From positions 2,400,001 to 2,432,000 of the forward strand of contig NC_017039.1 of the NCBI RefSeq assembly GCF_000284455.1: 32,000 bases of DNA. The letters are read 5' to 3'. The position numbers and the translations under genes were made by a program. The stretch is from Synechocystis sp. PCC 6803 substr. PCC-P (GTDB lineage: Bacteria; Cyanobacteriota; Cyanobacteriia; Cyanobacteriales; Microcystaceae). A model generated the notes under the pieces. That model saw only the letters and a list, made by a program, of their open reading frames with translations, searched no databases and was not told where the DNA came from. This document shows, in pieces, positions 8,894-19,361 of this stretch (its first letter is position 1; each line of letters starts with the position of its first letter).

Positions 8894-9919
8894 TTAACTA
8901 GCTTTCATCGCTTGTTTTTTTTCTGCTTTGAGATCCCGTTGGGCAGCAGCGGCCAAGTCCGCATCCATCAGGGTTTTGCCGGTGGCCGCTAGGTACACAT
9001 CATCCAAACTAGGTCGGGATTGGGCCAAGCTGAAAATCGGTAAACCGTCAGCGAGTAGGGCTTTTTCGATCTGACTGAGGGGATTACTCTGGGGCGTCAC
9101 CACCAGATTGAGGGAATTGCCTTGGGCTTGGTTGACAATCACTTCCTGAACGAAAGCTAGGGAGCGGAGAATTTGGCTAGCTTTTTCTGCTTCCTGGTCT
9201 GCCGTAAATTCCTTAATTCTGAGGGTGACCCTGTCCCCCCCTACCCGGTCTTTTAGTTCCGTGGGGGTGCCGGTGGCGATAACTGTGCCCTGGTCAATGA
9301 TGGCTAGGCGATCGGCTAGGGCATCAATTTCCTCCAGGTAATGGCTTGTAATTACTACCGTAGTGCCTGCATCTCGCAATTGGCGCAAAAATTCCCAGAG
9401 AATAAAGCGACTTTCAATGTCTAGCCCCACCGATGGTTCATCCAACACCAACACCGTTGGTTGATGGAGTAAACCTGCTGCTAGGTCCAAACGTTTTTTT
9501 AGCCCGCCGGAATAAGTTCCAGTTTTCTGATCTGCATAGGCTGTTAAGCCCAAAATATCTAAAAGTTGGTCGATGCGTTTTTGAGAGCTAATGGCATCAA
9601 GATGGTAGAGGGAAGCTTGTAGTTGCAACAATTCTCGACCTGTTAAGATTTTATCTATGGCAACTTCCTGGGCCACATAGCCTAAACGGCGCCGGGCCTG
9701 GCGGGGATCGCTTAATACGTTTACGCCATCAATCCACAGTTCCCCTCCGTCTGGTTTGGCTAGAGTACATAAGCAACGGATAGTGGTGGTCTTACCGGCA
9801 CCGTTGGGACCAAGTAAACCAAATATCTCTCCCCTGGGCACCGCAAAGGAAATGTCCTTCACCGCAGGGATAGCACCGTACTTTTTTCGGAGTTGTTTGA
9901 CTTGAACAGCAACGCCCAT
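8894..9919 (-). CDS. ABC transporter ATP-binding protein (DrrA-like), partner of the downstream ABC-2 permease
   Basis: GLLGPNGAGKTTTIRCL Walker A, YSGGLKKRLDLAAGL signature, LVLDEPSVGLD Walker B. Track start is 9937; internal ATG at 9919 is equally possible. Confidence 0.93.
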   Translation of the reverse strand: MGVAVQVKQLRKKYGAIPAVKDISFAVPRGEIFGLLGPNGAGKTTTIRCLCTLAKPDGGELWIDGVNVLSDPRQARRRLGYVAQEVAIDKILTGRELLQLQASLYHLDAISSQKRIDQLLDILGLTAYADQKTGTYSGGLKKRLDLAAGLLHQPTVLVLDEPSVGLDIESRFILWEFLRQLRDAGTTVVITSHYLEEIDALADRLAIIDQGTVIATGTPTELKDRVGGDRVTLRIKEFTADQEAEKASQILRSLAFVQEVIVNQAQGNSLNLVVTPQSNPLSQIEKALLADGLPIFSLAQSRPSLDDVYLAATGKTLMDADLAAAAQRDLKAEKKQAMKAS

Positions 9920-10004
9920 GAGGTAACTCTTTCCCATTTAGTCTGCAACTTTTCTTAACATTATCCCTGATATGGTCGGTTTTGCCCTCCCGGTTTGAAC
10001 TTTA

Positions 10005-10625
10005 ATGAGCACCCTCCTTGGAATCCTCGCAATTTTGTCAGCGGCGGCAGCGGCGGGGATGCGCATTGCCCTACCGTTGTTAATAGTTGGTCTAATCCAA
10101 GGTCAGTTATGGTCGGAAGTGCCCCTACTCTGGAGGGTTAATCCCCAGGTGGTAGTGGCGGTGTTGACCAGTTGGTCTTTGTTTGAATTGTTTGGCTCAA
10201 AAAAGTTGCTGGGCCAGAGAGTTCTACAAATTGTGCAATTGTTGTTCACTCCCCTAGTGGGGGCAATGATGGCCATCACTGTCGCTAGATTATTGACTTC
10301 AGAGTTGGCTTCACAATTGGAAATGGATTTTCGTTTTCCTCCCCTATGGGTGGTGGGGGCGATCGGTTCCCTCTTTGCTCTGGCCATAAGGCTAGTGGCG
10401 ATCGGTTGGTTTTTTCGCTTGCGGGGGTTGCCCTTTTGGGTAACAGTTTTAGAGGATTTATTCTCGGTGGGACTGGTACTATTCGCTTTCAAAGCTCCCA
10501 AAAATGGTGGCTTAATCGCGATTTTGCTGTTGTGGATTGTTGTCCGCAGTTCCACTGCCTGGAGAACCTGGTTTTTGGCCAACCACAGTCGCGACCAGCC
10601 ATCCGAACCTAAAAATCGCCAATGA
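10005..10625 (+). CDS. DUF4126-like integral membrane protein
   Basis: 206 aa hydrophobic ORF MSTLLGILAILSAAAAAGMRIALPLLIVGLIQGQLWS...ELFGSKKLLGQRVLQIVQLLFTPLVGAMM. Confidence 0.75.
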   Translation: MSTLLGILAILSAAAAAGMRIALPLLIVGLIQGQLWSEVPLLWRVNPQVVVAVLTSWSLFELFGSKKLLGQRVLQIVQLLFTPLVGAMMAITVARLLTSELASQLEMDFRFPPLWVVGAIGSLFALAIRLVAIGWFFRLRGLPFWVTVLEDLFSVGLVLFAFKAPKNGGLIAILLLWIVVRSSTAWRTWFLANHSRDQPSEPKNRQ

Positions 10626-10652
10626 TTCTGTTTAGAGTTTTCGGCCAACTTT

Positions 10653-12140
10653 TCAAGCAGTAATATTCTCCAGCATTAATTTAGAGCGCCTGACCGCATC
10701 TGGCACAGTGATGGGGTATCTTCCATTGAAGCAGGCAGAACAAAAATGGGAAATATCTTCGCCGGTGCACAACAACATGCCTTCCTGGGAAAGATAAGCG
10801 AGGGAGTCCACTTCAATTTGCTCAGCAATCTCCGCCACTGTCAGTCTGGCCGCAATTAGTTGATCTTGACTGTCGGTATCAATGCCATAGAAGCAAGGAT
10901 GGGTCACTGGCGGAGAAGAAATCCGCATATGTACCTCTGTTGCTCCAGCTTCCCGTAACGCTCGGACAATTTTGCGACTAGTGGTGCCCCGCACAATAGA
11001 GTCATCGACGATAATGATCCGTTTACCGGCCAATACGTCTTTGAGAGGATTGAGTTTCATGCGGATGCCGTGCTCTCGCATATGTTGGGTGGGTTGGATA
11101 AAGGTACGCCCCACGTAACGATTTTTGATTAAACCTTCGGCATAGGGAATACCGGAAGCTTGGGAAAAGCCGATCGCCGCTGGAATACCGGAATCGGGTA
11201 CCCCCATCACGAGATCAGCATCCACAGGGGATTCTTTGGCTAAATGTTTGCCAATGCGCATGCGATAGGTGTAGAGGCTTTCATCGTTAACCACGCTATC
11301 CGGGCGAGAAAAATAAATCATCTCGAACACACAGAGTTTACGGTCAGCGCTTTCGGCTAATCGATGGGAAACTAGGCCAGATTCGGTGATATGGACCAAT
11401 TCTCCGGCTTCCACCGTGCGCACATAGGTGGCACCGATGATGTCCAGGGCACAGGTTTCCGATGCCAATACATAGCGGGGAGTTTCTTCTTCTAACACAC
11501 CGATCACCAGGGGGCGAATGCCATGGGGATCCCTGACTCCAATGATTCCCTCCGGTGTGCCGATCACTAAGCTATAGGCTCCCGCACAAAGGGTCAGGGC
11601 CGCAATGGTGCCTTCCACCCAGTCTTTGCCTTTATCCACCTCATTGGCGATCGCCACTGCAATCATTTCCGAATCGGTGGTGGTGACAAAGTCCTCACAG
11701 CCCCTTTCCGCTAAAGCTTCTCGCAACTGGTTAGTGTTAACCAAATTGCCATTGTGGGCCAGGGCCAGGGGACCCAAACGGGTAGGGAGCACTGCCGGTT
11801 GAGCATTGACCCGATGGCTGGATCCCGTGGTGGAGTAGCGGGTGTGGCCCACAGCCAGAGTACCCACCATTTCATTCAGTTTAGATTCTTGAAAAACCTG
11901 GGACACTAGCCCCATATCCTTGTGGCAGTGAACCGTTGTCCCGGCAAAAGTGGCAATACCCGCCGACTCCTGACCCCGATGTTGCAGGGCATAAAGTCCA
12001 AAATAGGTCAATTTGGCCACCGCTTCTTCAGGGGCGTAAATGCCAAACACCCCACATGCTTCTTCTGGTTTATCGGCATGGTGGCCAGACAAAGGCTGAC
12101 CATCATTCAACTCAGTCAAATCACTGGAGGGGGGAAACAT
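10653..12140 (-). CDS. purF: Amidophosphoribosyltransferase
   Basis: 495 aa; CGVFGIYAPEEAVAKLTYFGLYALQHRGQESAGIA, PRPP motif RIIIVDDSIVRGTTSRKIV, GKRIIIVDDS. Confidence 0.98.
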   Translation of the reverse strand: MFPPSSDLTELNDGQPLSGHHADKPEEACGVFGIYAPEEAVAKLTYFGLYALQHRGQESAGIATFAGTTVHCHKDMGLVSQVFQESKLNEMVGTLAVGHTRYSTTGSSHRVNAQPAVLPTRLGPLALAHNGNLVNTNQLREALAERGCEDFVTTTDSEMIAVAIANEVDKGKDWVEGTIAALTLCAGAYSLVIGTPEGIIGVRDPHGIRPLVIGVLEEETPRYVLASETCALDIIGATYVRTVEAGELVHITESGLVSHRLAESADRKLCVFEMIYFSRPDSVVNDESLYTYRMRIGKHLAKESPVDADLVMGVPDSGIPAAIGFSQASGIPYAEGLIKNRYVGRTFIQPTQHMREHGIRMKLNPLKDVLAGKRIIIVDDSIVRGTTSRKIVRALREAGATEVHMRISSPPVTHPCFYGIDTDSQDQLIAARLTVAEIAEQIEVDSLAYLSQEGMLLCTGEDISHFCSACFNGRYPITVPDAVRRSKLMLENITA

Positions 12141-12344
12141 GGCGGCAATCTTCCTGGATCAGGGTAGAGAAAAACGGGTACAGAAACTAAATCTTAGACT
12201 ATGGGAATTGGTGGATTCCCGCCAGACAGGGAAGGCAATGACGAACGGGTCTAGACCCCTTAATCAATTGTTAATCGTTAACCCATACTAGCAAAGAAGC
12301 AGTGCCCACACCGCAGTGTTTGGTTCTTGGCCAAGTCGGTCTAG

Positions 12345-12373
12345 TTGTCAGGGGACAGGGGAATGTATAGATT
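12345..12373 (+). promoter_or_regulatory. Candidate promoter for psbT
   Basis: TTGTCA (12345-12350), 17 bp spacer, TAGATT (12368-12373), about 38 bp upstream of the psbT start. Confidence 0.4.
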
Positions 12374-12410
12374 AGTGTGTAAGGATAAACTTTTAGGAAT
12401 TTTTTAGATT

Positions 12411-12506
12411 ATGGAAAGTGTTGCTTACATTCTGGTGCTGACCATGGCCCTTGCGGTCCTTTTCTTTGCGATCGCCTTTCGGGAACCCCCCCGCATCGAA
12501 AAATAG
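12411..12506 (+). CDS. psbT: Photosystem II reaction center protein T (31 aa)
   Basis: Small ORF not in the track: MESVAYILVLTMALAVLFFAIAFREPPRIEK*, characteristic PsbT sequence. Confidence 0.97.
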   Translation: MESVAYILVLTMALAVLFFAIAFREPPRIEK

Positions 12507-12659
12507 TCCAATTAAAGGGTCTTTTTTCCAGGTGTTTTTTGCCTGGACACTCCCTTAAAACCCCAGTTTTTACCTCTGTTTCAACCGTGGGCTAGCTTGA
12601 CTTTGACGCAACATTCTTGTATGCGTTAGGTTGGGCTAAGCTCATTTTTTGTAGCCATT

Positions 12660-13145
12660 ATGCAATGTCCTCACTGTCAGCACCACAATAGTCGAGTCCT
12701 TGAATCCCGTTCCAGCGAAGGTGGCCAAAGTATTAGGCGGCGGCGGGAATGTTTGGAATGTAAACACCGTTTCACCACCTACGAACGGCTGGAGTTGTTA
12801 CCCGTCACGGTCATTAAACAAGATGGGGAACGGCAAGCCTTTGACCGCTCCAAACTGCTGCGGGGTATGGTGCGGGCCTGTGAAAAAACTGATATTAATT
12901 TCCAGCGCCTAGAACACATTGTTGAAGAAATTGAGGCCAACTTACAGCAACAGCCAAAACGGGAAATTCACAGCGAGGCAATCGGGCAAATGGTGTTGCA
13001 ATATTTACGCCAGGAAAGCGAAGTGGCCTATATCCGTTTTGCTTCTGTTTATGGGCGATTTCAAGGCATTGCAGATTTCGTTGATACCCTAGAGCAACTG
13101 CAACGAGAACAATATCCTGAACGGCAATATTTGACCATGACTTAG
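12660..13145 (+). CDS. nrdR: Transcriptional repressor NrdR
   Basis: [43 protein letters not shown] zinc ribbon plus ATP-cone domain. The track start encodes M (ATG). Confidence 0.97.
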   Translation: MQCPHCQHHNSRVLESRSSEGGQSIRRRRECLECKHRFTTYERLELLPVTVIKQDGERQAFDRSKLLRGMVRACEKTDINFQRLEHIVEEIEANLQQQPKREIHSEAIGQMVLQYLRQESEVAYIRFASVYGRFQGIADFVDTLEQLQREQYPERQYLTMT

Positions 13146-13236
13146 AATCCGTTGATGGGGCTTCAATCTCTCCCTTAGCCAATGACTCGTCGTCAGTTAG
13201 CTACTGATAAATCTAGAGAATTAGCCGGTCATAAAC

Positions 13237-13728
13237 TTAGCGACAACCCACTAGGGTGGCCGTGTAAGTTTTGCCCAATGAGTCTAGCCCGTTAACAAAA
13301 AGATTTACCTGATAGGGTTGTTCTTCTGGGGTAGCATTACCGACAATTTCCAAGGGAGTATTAGGTTTAAAGACAAAAGCTTGTTGATTAAAAATTTCTG
13401 ACGCAGTCTGGTCGCTATATTTTAAAAACATTCGAATATCAAAGGGGGTAGATTCGGCAGAGGTTACCGTCATCACGAATTTTTTAAAAACTGTTCCCCC
13501 TGGTACGGCCCAATCGGTATTCCAATTATTACGAGTTATGTTAATTCCCAACATGCCTAGAGGCCCTGCGGGAATAGTCGGAACAGCGACGGTTTTAGTC
13601 ACACTATTACCTTGACCTCCCACCAAAGGGATGGGCACACAGGTTTCGCCGTGGCCAGGAGTGGCCAGACCCAGTGACAGAGCAATGCCGGCCATGGCCA
13701 GGGTTAGGGGCCTAGTTAGGGGAGACAT
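13237..13728 (-). CDS. Secreted hypothetical protein with signal peptide
   Basis: Track ORF 13237..13845 begins at a GTG; internal ATG at 13728 gives MSPLTRPLTLAMAGIALSLGLATPGHGETC, a clean signal peptide. Confidence 0.65.
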   Translation of the reverse strand: MSPLTRPLTLAMAGIALSLGLATPGHGETCVPIPLVGGQGNSVTKTVAVPTIPAGPLGMLGINITRNNWNTDWAVPGGTVFKKFVMTVTSAESTPFDIRMFLKYSDQTASEIFNQQAFVFKPNTPLEIVGNATPEEQPYQVNLFVNGLDSLGKTYTATLVGCR

Positions 13729-13917
13729 CGAAGTTAGCCAGGGGAAAGGGTAATTAATCATCAGAAGAGTTGGTCTGAAAATTAGTGAATATTGGCGGAT
13801 ATAGGCAACACTTAGTGATGTTGGCAAAACGGCTAGCTCACCCACGACTTATCTCTCACCAGTCAGCCTAGTAGTCAAAATTATCCATTTAGGGTCGGCA
13901 TTTTTGGCTGGGCAAAC

Positions 13918-14520
13918 CTAAGGTTCCGCCACTGTCTCGAAGTAGGTCTTAGCCTTTTCCGGGTCGGGGATCATGGTTTTGTCTCCTTCCTGCCAATCCA
14001 CTGGGCAAACTTCGTTGGGGTGAGATTGCACATGGCGAATGGCTTTTAGTACCCTCAGAGTTTCGTCCACACTCCGGCCAAAGGAGAGATTGTTGACGGT
14101 GGCGTATTGTAAGATGCCTTCCCGGTCAATAATGAATAGTCCCCGCAGGGCAATGCCTGCATCGGGTTCGAGGACATTATAGGCTTGGCTAATTTCTTTT
14201 TTGAGATCTGACACTAGGGGATAGTTAATGTTGCCGATGCCCCCCATTTTCCGTTCGGTCTGAATCCAGGCCAGGTGTGAAAATTCGCTGTCTACGGAGA
14301 TGCCCACAACTTCCGTATCTAGGGCAGTAAATTCGCTATGGCGATCGCTAAAGGCAATGATTTCCGTGGGACAGACAAAGGTGAAATCTAGGGGATAGAA
14401 AAACAGCACCAGGTACTTACCACGGTAGGTGCTTAATTTGACGGTCTGGAAGCTTTGATCGACGATCGCCGTGGCGGTGAAATCCGGTGCCGGCTGTCCT
14501 ACCCTTAATACCTCTGTCAT
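13918..14520 (-). CDS. 2-Cys peroxiredoxin
   Basis: [57 protein letters not shown], resolving-Cys region [10 protein letters not shown]. Internal ATG at 14520 is preferred over the track start at 14610. Confidence 0.97.
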   Translation of the reverse strand: MTEVLRVGQPAPDFTATAIVDQSFQTVKLSTYRGKYLVLFFYPLDFTFVCPTEIIAFSDRHSEFTALDTEVVGISVDSEFSHLAWIQTERKMGGIGNINYPLVSDLKKEISQAYNVLEPDAGIALRGLFIIDREGILQYATVNNLSFGRSVDETLRVLKAIRHVQSHPNEVCPVDWQEGDKTMIPDPEKAKTYFETVAEP

Positions 14521-14632
14521 TGCTGTTTGCTTAAAACTTGGTGAGTATTGAAATAACTGGAAAAACTTGCTTGATGGGATGGTTGGTAATTTGTCGTACC
14601 CTGTACCCAAGTCAGTCTAACCGTGGTCGGAG

Positions 14633-15034
14633 TCAATCCAGGGCAAGGCCAGAATCGTCGTCTTCCAAATCTTCAGTGGCGATCGCCTGGGGCAAGTTGT
14701 TGAGGAGATTGAGAATTTTATCGCCCCGTTCCAAAGAGCGGTCTTCTAAAAAGGAAACTTCTGGGGTGCGCCGTAAACGCATCCGTTGCCCCAGTTCTCG
14801 ACGGACAAAGGGAGCGGCGGAGTGCAGTCCAGCCATGGTGGAGGCTTTGGCTTCAGGGGAGCCGTAAATGCTAACGAAAATTTTGGCGTGCTGTAGGTCG
14901 CCGGAAACTTCCACTTCCGTGACGCTAACCATGCCTGTGCCCACCCGGTCATCTTTGATTTCGTGGAGAAGCATTTGACTGACCTCCCGCTTAATTAGGG
15001 ACGACACCCGGGAAACTCGACGACTGGTAGCCAT
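14633..15034 (-). CDS. rbfA: 30S ribosome-binding factor A
   Basis: [58 protein letters not shown]; internal ATG at 15034. Confidence 0.93.
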   Translation of the reverse strand: MATSRRVSRVSSLIKREVSQMLLHEIKDDRVGTGMVSVTEVEVSGDLQHAKIFVSIYGSPEAKASTMAGLHSAAPFVRRELGQRMRLRRTPEVSFLEDRSLERGDKILNLLNNLPQAIATEDLEDDDSGLALD

Positions 15035-15092
15035 AGACCTGCTCCTCGGCAACAAAAAAGTCCGAGCCTGGACAGATTAGCCCAAACTCCCT

Positions 15093-15293
15093 CTACACGG
15101 TCAATCCTAACATGGCCCGCAGAGTGAAATAGAGAAAAATGAATCCACTGACCAGCAGTCCCATCAGGGCGATCGCCCCGACACGATTTTTTAATAGGGG
15201 CTGGAGCCAAGTGAAAACGGAGAAAAAGATGCCCAGGGTAAAACTGATCAGATACCGGGGATAACGGGAAACGTTGGCTAAAAAATCACCCAT
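15093..15293 (-). CDS. DUF751-like small membrane protein
   Basis: 66 aa MGDFLANVSRYPRYLISFTLGIFFSVFTWLQPLLKNRVGAIALMGLLVSGFIFLYFTLRAMLGL. Confidence 0.8.
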   Translation of the reverse strand: MGDFLANVSRYPRYLISFTLGIFFSVFTWLQPLLKNRVGAIALMGLLVSGFIFLYFTLRAMLGLTV

Positions 15294-15403
15294 GGTTATT
15301 GGTTGGCTGGAATGGTTCGTTCAACTTGATCACCCACAAGGTTAGGGTTGGCCAAGTCCGCTCCCCAGTGTAGCAAGAGACCTAGGATTATTAGTGGTTA
15401 AAG

Positions 15404-16288
15404 TTAAATACCTAACCGTTGCCGATAACTAGCCACAGTGTTAGCTAACAACAGAGTCACCGTCATGGGGCCAATGCCACCGGGCACAGGGGTGAGGTAA
15501 CTGGCCACGGGCGCAACCCCCGCAAAATCCACGTCCCCCACCAGTGTCGATTTCCCCTCTCCTAAATCAAGACGGTTAATACCCACATCCACCACGATTG
15601 CCCCTGGTTTGACCATATCGGCGGTGACAAATTCCGGCTTACCGATCGCCGCTACGAGGATGTCTGCTTGCCGGGTGATATCGGCCAAGTTTTGGGTGCG
15701 AGAATGGGCAATGGTAACGGTGCAATTTTTCTCTAGCAACATTAGAGCCAGGGGTTTGCCCACCAAAATACTGCGCCCCAACACCACCGCATTTTTGCCC
15801 GTTAAATCAAGGTTATATTCCGCCAATAGAGCCATCACCCCCGCTGGAGTACAACTCCTTAGACCCTCTTCTCCCCGCACCAAATGACCCAAATTGACTG
15901 GATGCAACCCGTCTGCATCTTTACTGGGATCAATGGTGTGTAATAGTTTGACTGCATCGAGATGATCCGGTAGGGGCAATTGCACCAAAATGCCATCCAC
16001 CCGTTCATCCTCATTCAAACTGGCGATCGCCGCCGTCAATGTTTCCTGGTCCGTATCAGCGGAAAAATGCTTGCCAAAGGAAACCATGCCCAATTTTTCA
16101 CAGGCTTTTTCCTTATTGCGGACATAAACGGCACTGGCTGGATTGTCCCCCACCATCAACACCGCCAACCCCGGCGATCGATGGCCCTGGGCCACCAGTT
16201 GGGCAATGTCCCGTTGTAATTCCCCCTGCATTTTTTGGGCGAGGGCTTTACCGTCAAGGATTTGGCAGGATGGGGGTACGGCAGTCAT
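15404..16288 (-). CDS. folD: Bifunctional methylenetetrahydrofolate dehydrogenase/cyclohydrolase FolD
   Basis: [66 protein letters not shown]. Confidence 0.98.
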   Translation of the reverse strand: MTAVPPSCQILDGKALAQKMQGELQRDIAQLVAQGHRSPGLAVLMVGDNPASAVYVRNKEKACEKLGMVSFGKHFSADTDQETLTAAIASLNEDERVDGILVQLPLPDHLDAVKLLHTIDPSKDADGLHPVNLGHLVRGEEGLRSCTPAGVMALLAEYNLDLTGKNAVVLGRSILVGKPLALMLLEKNCTVTIAHSRTQNLADITRQADILVAAIGKPEFVTADMVKPGAIVVDVGINRLDLGEGKSTLVGDVDFAGVAPVASYLTPVPGGIGPMTVTLLLANTVASYRQRLGI

Positions 16289-16361
16289 GGGTAAAGGTAA
16301 TTAAACTTAATAATTCAGGTGATTGATATGGCACACCTCGAAGGCTAATTTTAGGGGTTTC

Positions 16362-17720
16362 CTAAGGTTTTGTGACGGTTTTTTGGGGTTGGGCGGGAAT
16401 AACTCTAGGAGTTTGCAATTCCTGGGCCCTGGCCACCAGGGCCAAATCATCGGAAAGTTGATTTAATTGCTGGGCATATTGCACCTGTTTCGTCAGATGT
16501 TCTGTGGTGGAAACCAAATTACTTAGTCCTTGAATAAGACGAATTAACTGCTCTCGCAAAGCTGGATTACCGGTGAGTTGATCCACATCGGAAGTGATTT
16601 TTTCTAGGTTCTGGGTGGCAGCCCGGGCGGATTCTAACAACTGCTGCAACAAAATAATGGTTTGGGGATCATTCAGGCGATCGGCAAATTGATTCAGATT
16701 CCCGGTCAATTCATTGGCATTATCAGCTACAGCTTTGAGATCGGCCAACGCTTGGTTAAGATTGCCCACCGTATCTTGTTCATTAACCTGAGTTAACAAT
16801 TGCACCAAAGGGGGCTCTAGGTTTTTAACACTGATTTGTAACTGGTCGCTGGTGCCCTGGAGACTGGTGAGGGTAGCCCCCAGCCGTTGGTTATTAACTT
16901 CCAAAAAAGCTTGGATTTGCTCCGCCGCTGATCCGACAGAACGCAAACTGCGGTTAATTTCCGGAATAGTTCCCCCTTGGTTGAGGGTACGGACAGTGTC
17001 AGTGGCTTCCCGGCTCAAAACGGACAAGTCTTGGGCAGTTTGATCCACAGAGGCCAGGGTGCGACGAATGTTTTTGACTCCCCCATCCTGGTTAATTTCC
17101 CGCAGTAGGGTAGCCGCTTCATTACTAAACTGACTGATATCCTTGAGGGCTTCGGGGGTTTGGGTTGCAAGGGAGCGGATGGCATTGTTAATCTCTGGCT
17201 CACTGAAAAAGTCAGAAATACGCATCATGGCCCGAATTAGGGCATTAACATCCAACGCATCCTGCCCCATCAGGATGGAACCGTTGCAGATAATCACTTC
17301 CGGATTACAGTCCTTATCCAGGGGTTTATAGTTAACCTCCTGGGGTAAAACCACTTCACTGGGAATGATGTTAATAGATGTTTCACCAATTAACCCGGAT
17401 TGACGTGCTTGGATTTCCGCACGACTGGAAATTAGGCGATCGGTGGGACTAATTTCCACTTCCACTGCCACCCCTTCCGGTTGGGGCGTGACGCTGACCA
17501 CCTGACCAACCCTAACCCCCCGATAGTCAACCCTGGTGCCCACTAACATACCGGCTGCATCACTAAAAAGCACCGTGGCTCGGTAGGAACGGGAACCAAA
17601 ACGAATATTTTTTAGCCACAGGGTACTGAATGCCAAAAGAATGAGAGCAGTCAGAATTAACAGGCCGATACTACTCTGTAACAATACGGGCGATAGGCGC
17701 TGGTTTCGTCCTGCTGTCAT
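16362..17720 (-). CDS. MCE/MlaD domain protein (Ycf22/TGD2-like lipid transport substrate-binding component)
   Basis: N-terminal TM helix, MCE core VLFSDAAGMLVGTRVDYRGVRVGQVVSVTPQPEGVAVEVEI, long helical C-terminus. Confidence 0.9.
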   Translation of the reverse strand: MTAGRNQRLSPVLLQSSIGLLILTALILLAFSTLWLKNIRFGSRSYRATVLFSDAAGMLVGTRVDYRGVRVGQVVSVTPQPEGVAVEVEISPTDRLISSRAEIQARQSGLIGETSINIIPSEVVLPQEVNYKPLDKDCNPEVIICNGSILMGQDALDVNALIRAMMRISDFFSEPEINNAIRSLATQTPEALKDISQFSNEAATLLREINQDGGVKNIRRTLASVDQTAQDLSVLSREATDTVRTLNQGGTIPEINRSLRSVGSAAEQIQAFLEVNNQRLGATLTSLQGTSDQLQISVKNLEPPLVQLLTQVNEQDTVGNLNQALADLKAVADNANELTGNLNQFADRLNDPQTIILLQQLLESARAATQNLEKITSDVDQLTGNPALREQLIRLIQGLSNLVSTTEHLTKQVQYAQQLNQLSDDLALVARAQELQTPRVIPAQPQKTVTKP

Positions 17721-17855
17721 TGGGGTTAACTGAGAAAGTTGTGCTCGGGCCTCTCACAAGACTATTAAACTCTATTCCCCCGGTCAAAGTTCCACAGAGG
17801 AGCATATTTGGGCGCAGAGCTGGAGGTTTATGAGATTTGTAATGATGAGCGATGG

Positions 17856-19271
17856 GTGGTGATACGATCAGGCAAAACTAATTTAAATCCTCCCTGTGCT
17901 CTAATGGCCCCATCCTCGTCCTGTGATTGCATAATTGTCGGCTCAGGGTTGTCGGGATTGATCGCGGCCCGTAATTTATCTCGGGTTAACTATTCTGTCT
18001 TAGTTATTGAAGCCCAGGAACGCTTGGGGGGCAGAATGTATGGAGAATATTTGCCATCGGGACAATGGATTGACCGGGGAGGCCAATGGGTGGGCCCTAC
18101 CCAGGATCGTTTTCTGGCCTTGCTTAATGAATACAACATAGAACGTTTTCCCAGTCCTGCTGATGGCTTAAAGGTATTGTTATTTGATGGGAAACGTTAC
18201 GAGTTTGATGGTTTTTTTCAAGGAGTGTTCCAAGGGGAAGCGCCGAAAATAAGCTCTGATGAATGGAATGATGCCATGGTGGCATGGGAAAAATTTAATA
18301 CCCTTGCCCAAAGTCTGGACGAGCAACATCCCGAAGCTACGCCAGAAAACAAAAAGTTAGACAGTCAAACCTTTGCCGATTGGATTAAAGAAAATACCCA
18401 TACAGCATTCGGCCATTGGTATTTTTCCTATATGTGTCGTGCTGTGGGGTTTTTAGGCCCCGCCGAGCCTTCTCAGGTATCTCTTTTGCACATCCTATGG
18501 GGCCATAAATCTGCCTCCCAAGGGGAAAATCCAGAAGCAGAACTATTACATGGTGGGGCGGGACAAATTCCTCAAAAAATTGCCGCTGAATTGGGGAATT
18601 CCATCCTCTTAGGGGAACCGGTCATACACATTGCCCAGGACGACAAAGGGGTAGAGGTGACCACTACAACAGGAAAATATCAGGGAAAATTCGCCATTGT
18701 GGCAACCCCGCCCCATTTGGCCGGAAGAATTACCTATAGTCCCCCCATGCCTCCTCTCCGCCAGCAACTCACCCAAAGAGTACCCATGGGCACCTGCTGT
18801 AAGCTTTTGATTTCCTACGATCGCCCTTTTTGGCGGGAGAAAGGTTTAGCCGGTATTGGCTTGGGTAACACCACCTGGATCGAATTATGTGCTGATAGTT
18901 CCGATCCAACCACGGGAGTGGGAGTAATTGCTTCCTTCGTAGTTGGCGATCGGTATGGAAAATGGATTGCCATGGGCGAAGCGGAACGCCGTCAAGGAGT
19001 ACTGTCAGATCTGGCTCTGTACTTTGGCGAGGAAGCTTTATCTCCTGAGACCTACGATGAAGTTGATTGGCCCAGTGAACAATGGGTTGGGGGAGGGTAT
19101 GCCGCCTTTATGCCTCCCGGAGTCTGGACAAGTTTTGGCCAAGCCCTGAGCGCCCCTGTAGGTCGTATTCATTGGGCCGGGACGGAAATAGCCCCCCGCT
19201 GGGCTGGCTTTTTTGATGGTGCAATTCGTACTGGGGAAGCGGCGGCTAAAGCCATTATCGGTCTACTTTAG
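17856..19271 (+). CDS. FAD-dependent amine/L-amino acid oxidase family protein
   Basis: CDCIIVGSGLSGLIAARNLSRVNYSVLVIEAQERLGGRM dinucleotide fold and C-terminal VGRIHWAGTEIAPRWAGFFDGAIRTGEAAA. Start uncertain: TTG 17808, GTG 17856, or ATG of MAPSSSCDC. Confidence 0.88.
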   Translation: MVIRSGKTNLNPPCALMAPSSSCDCIIVGSGLSGLIAARNLSRVNYSVLVIEAQERLGGRMYGEYLPSGQWIDRGGQWVGPTQDRFLALLNEYNIERFPSPADGLKVLLFDGKRYEFDGFFQGVFQGEAPKISSDEWNDAMVAWEKFNTLAQSLDEQHPEATPENKKLDSQTFADWIKENTHTAFGHWYFSYMCRAVGFLGPAEPSQVSLLHILWGHKSASQGENPEAELLHGGAGQIPQKIAAELGNSILLGEPVIHIAQDDKGVEVTTTTGKYQGKFAIVATPPHLAGRITYSPPMPPLRQQLTQRVPMGTCCKLLISYDRPFWREKGLAGIGLGNTTWIELCADSSDPTTGVGVIASFVVGDRYGKWIAMGEAERRQGVLSDLALYFGEEALSPETYDEVDWPSEQWVGGGYAAFMPPGVWTSFGQALSAPVGRIHWAGTEIAPRWAGFFDGAIRTGEAAAKAIIGLL

Positions 19272-19361
19272 ATCTGGCTGGGCGTTGGAACTTCAATAAA
19301 ATGTTCCCTGCCTGCCATTGAGTCAAAATGCTTCAAAATCCGCCGATAACTGGTTGGGGGG

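Noticed and set aside
10103-10648. 181 aa minus-strand ORF opposite the DUF4126-like gene
   Set aside because: Antisense shadow. The plus-strand ORF has coherent TM helices, while the antisense protein is low-complexity and polar, with a start inside non-regulatory sequence.
11922-12190. Overlapping short plus-strand ORFs at the purF 5' end
   Set aside because: They cover the conserved N-terminal glutaminase region of purF on the opposite strand, with no supporting motif or convincing RBS.
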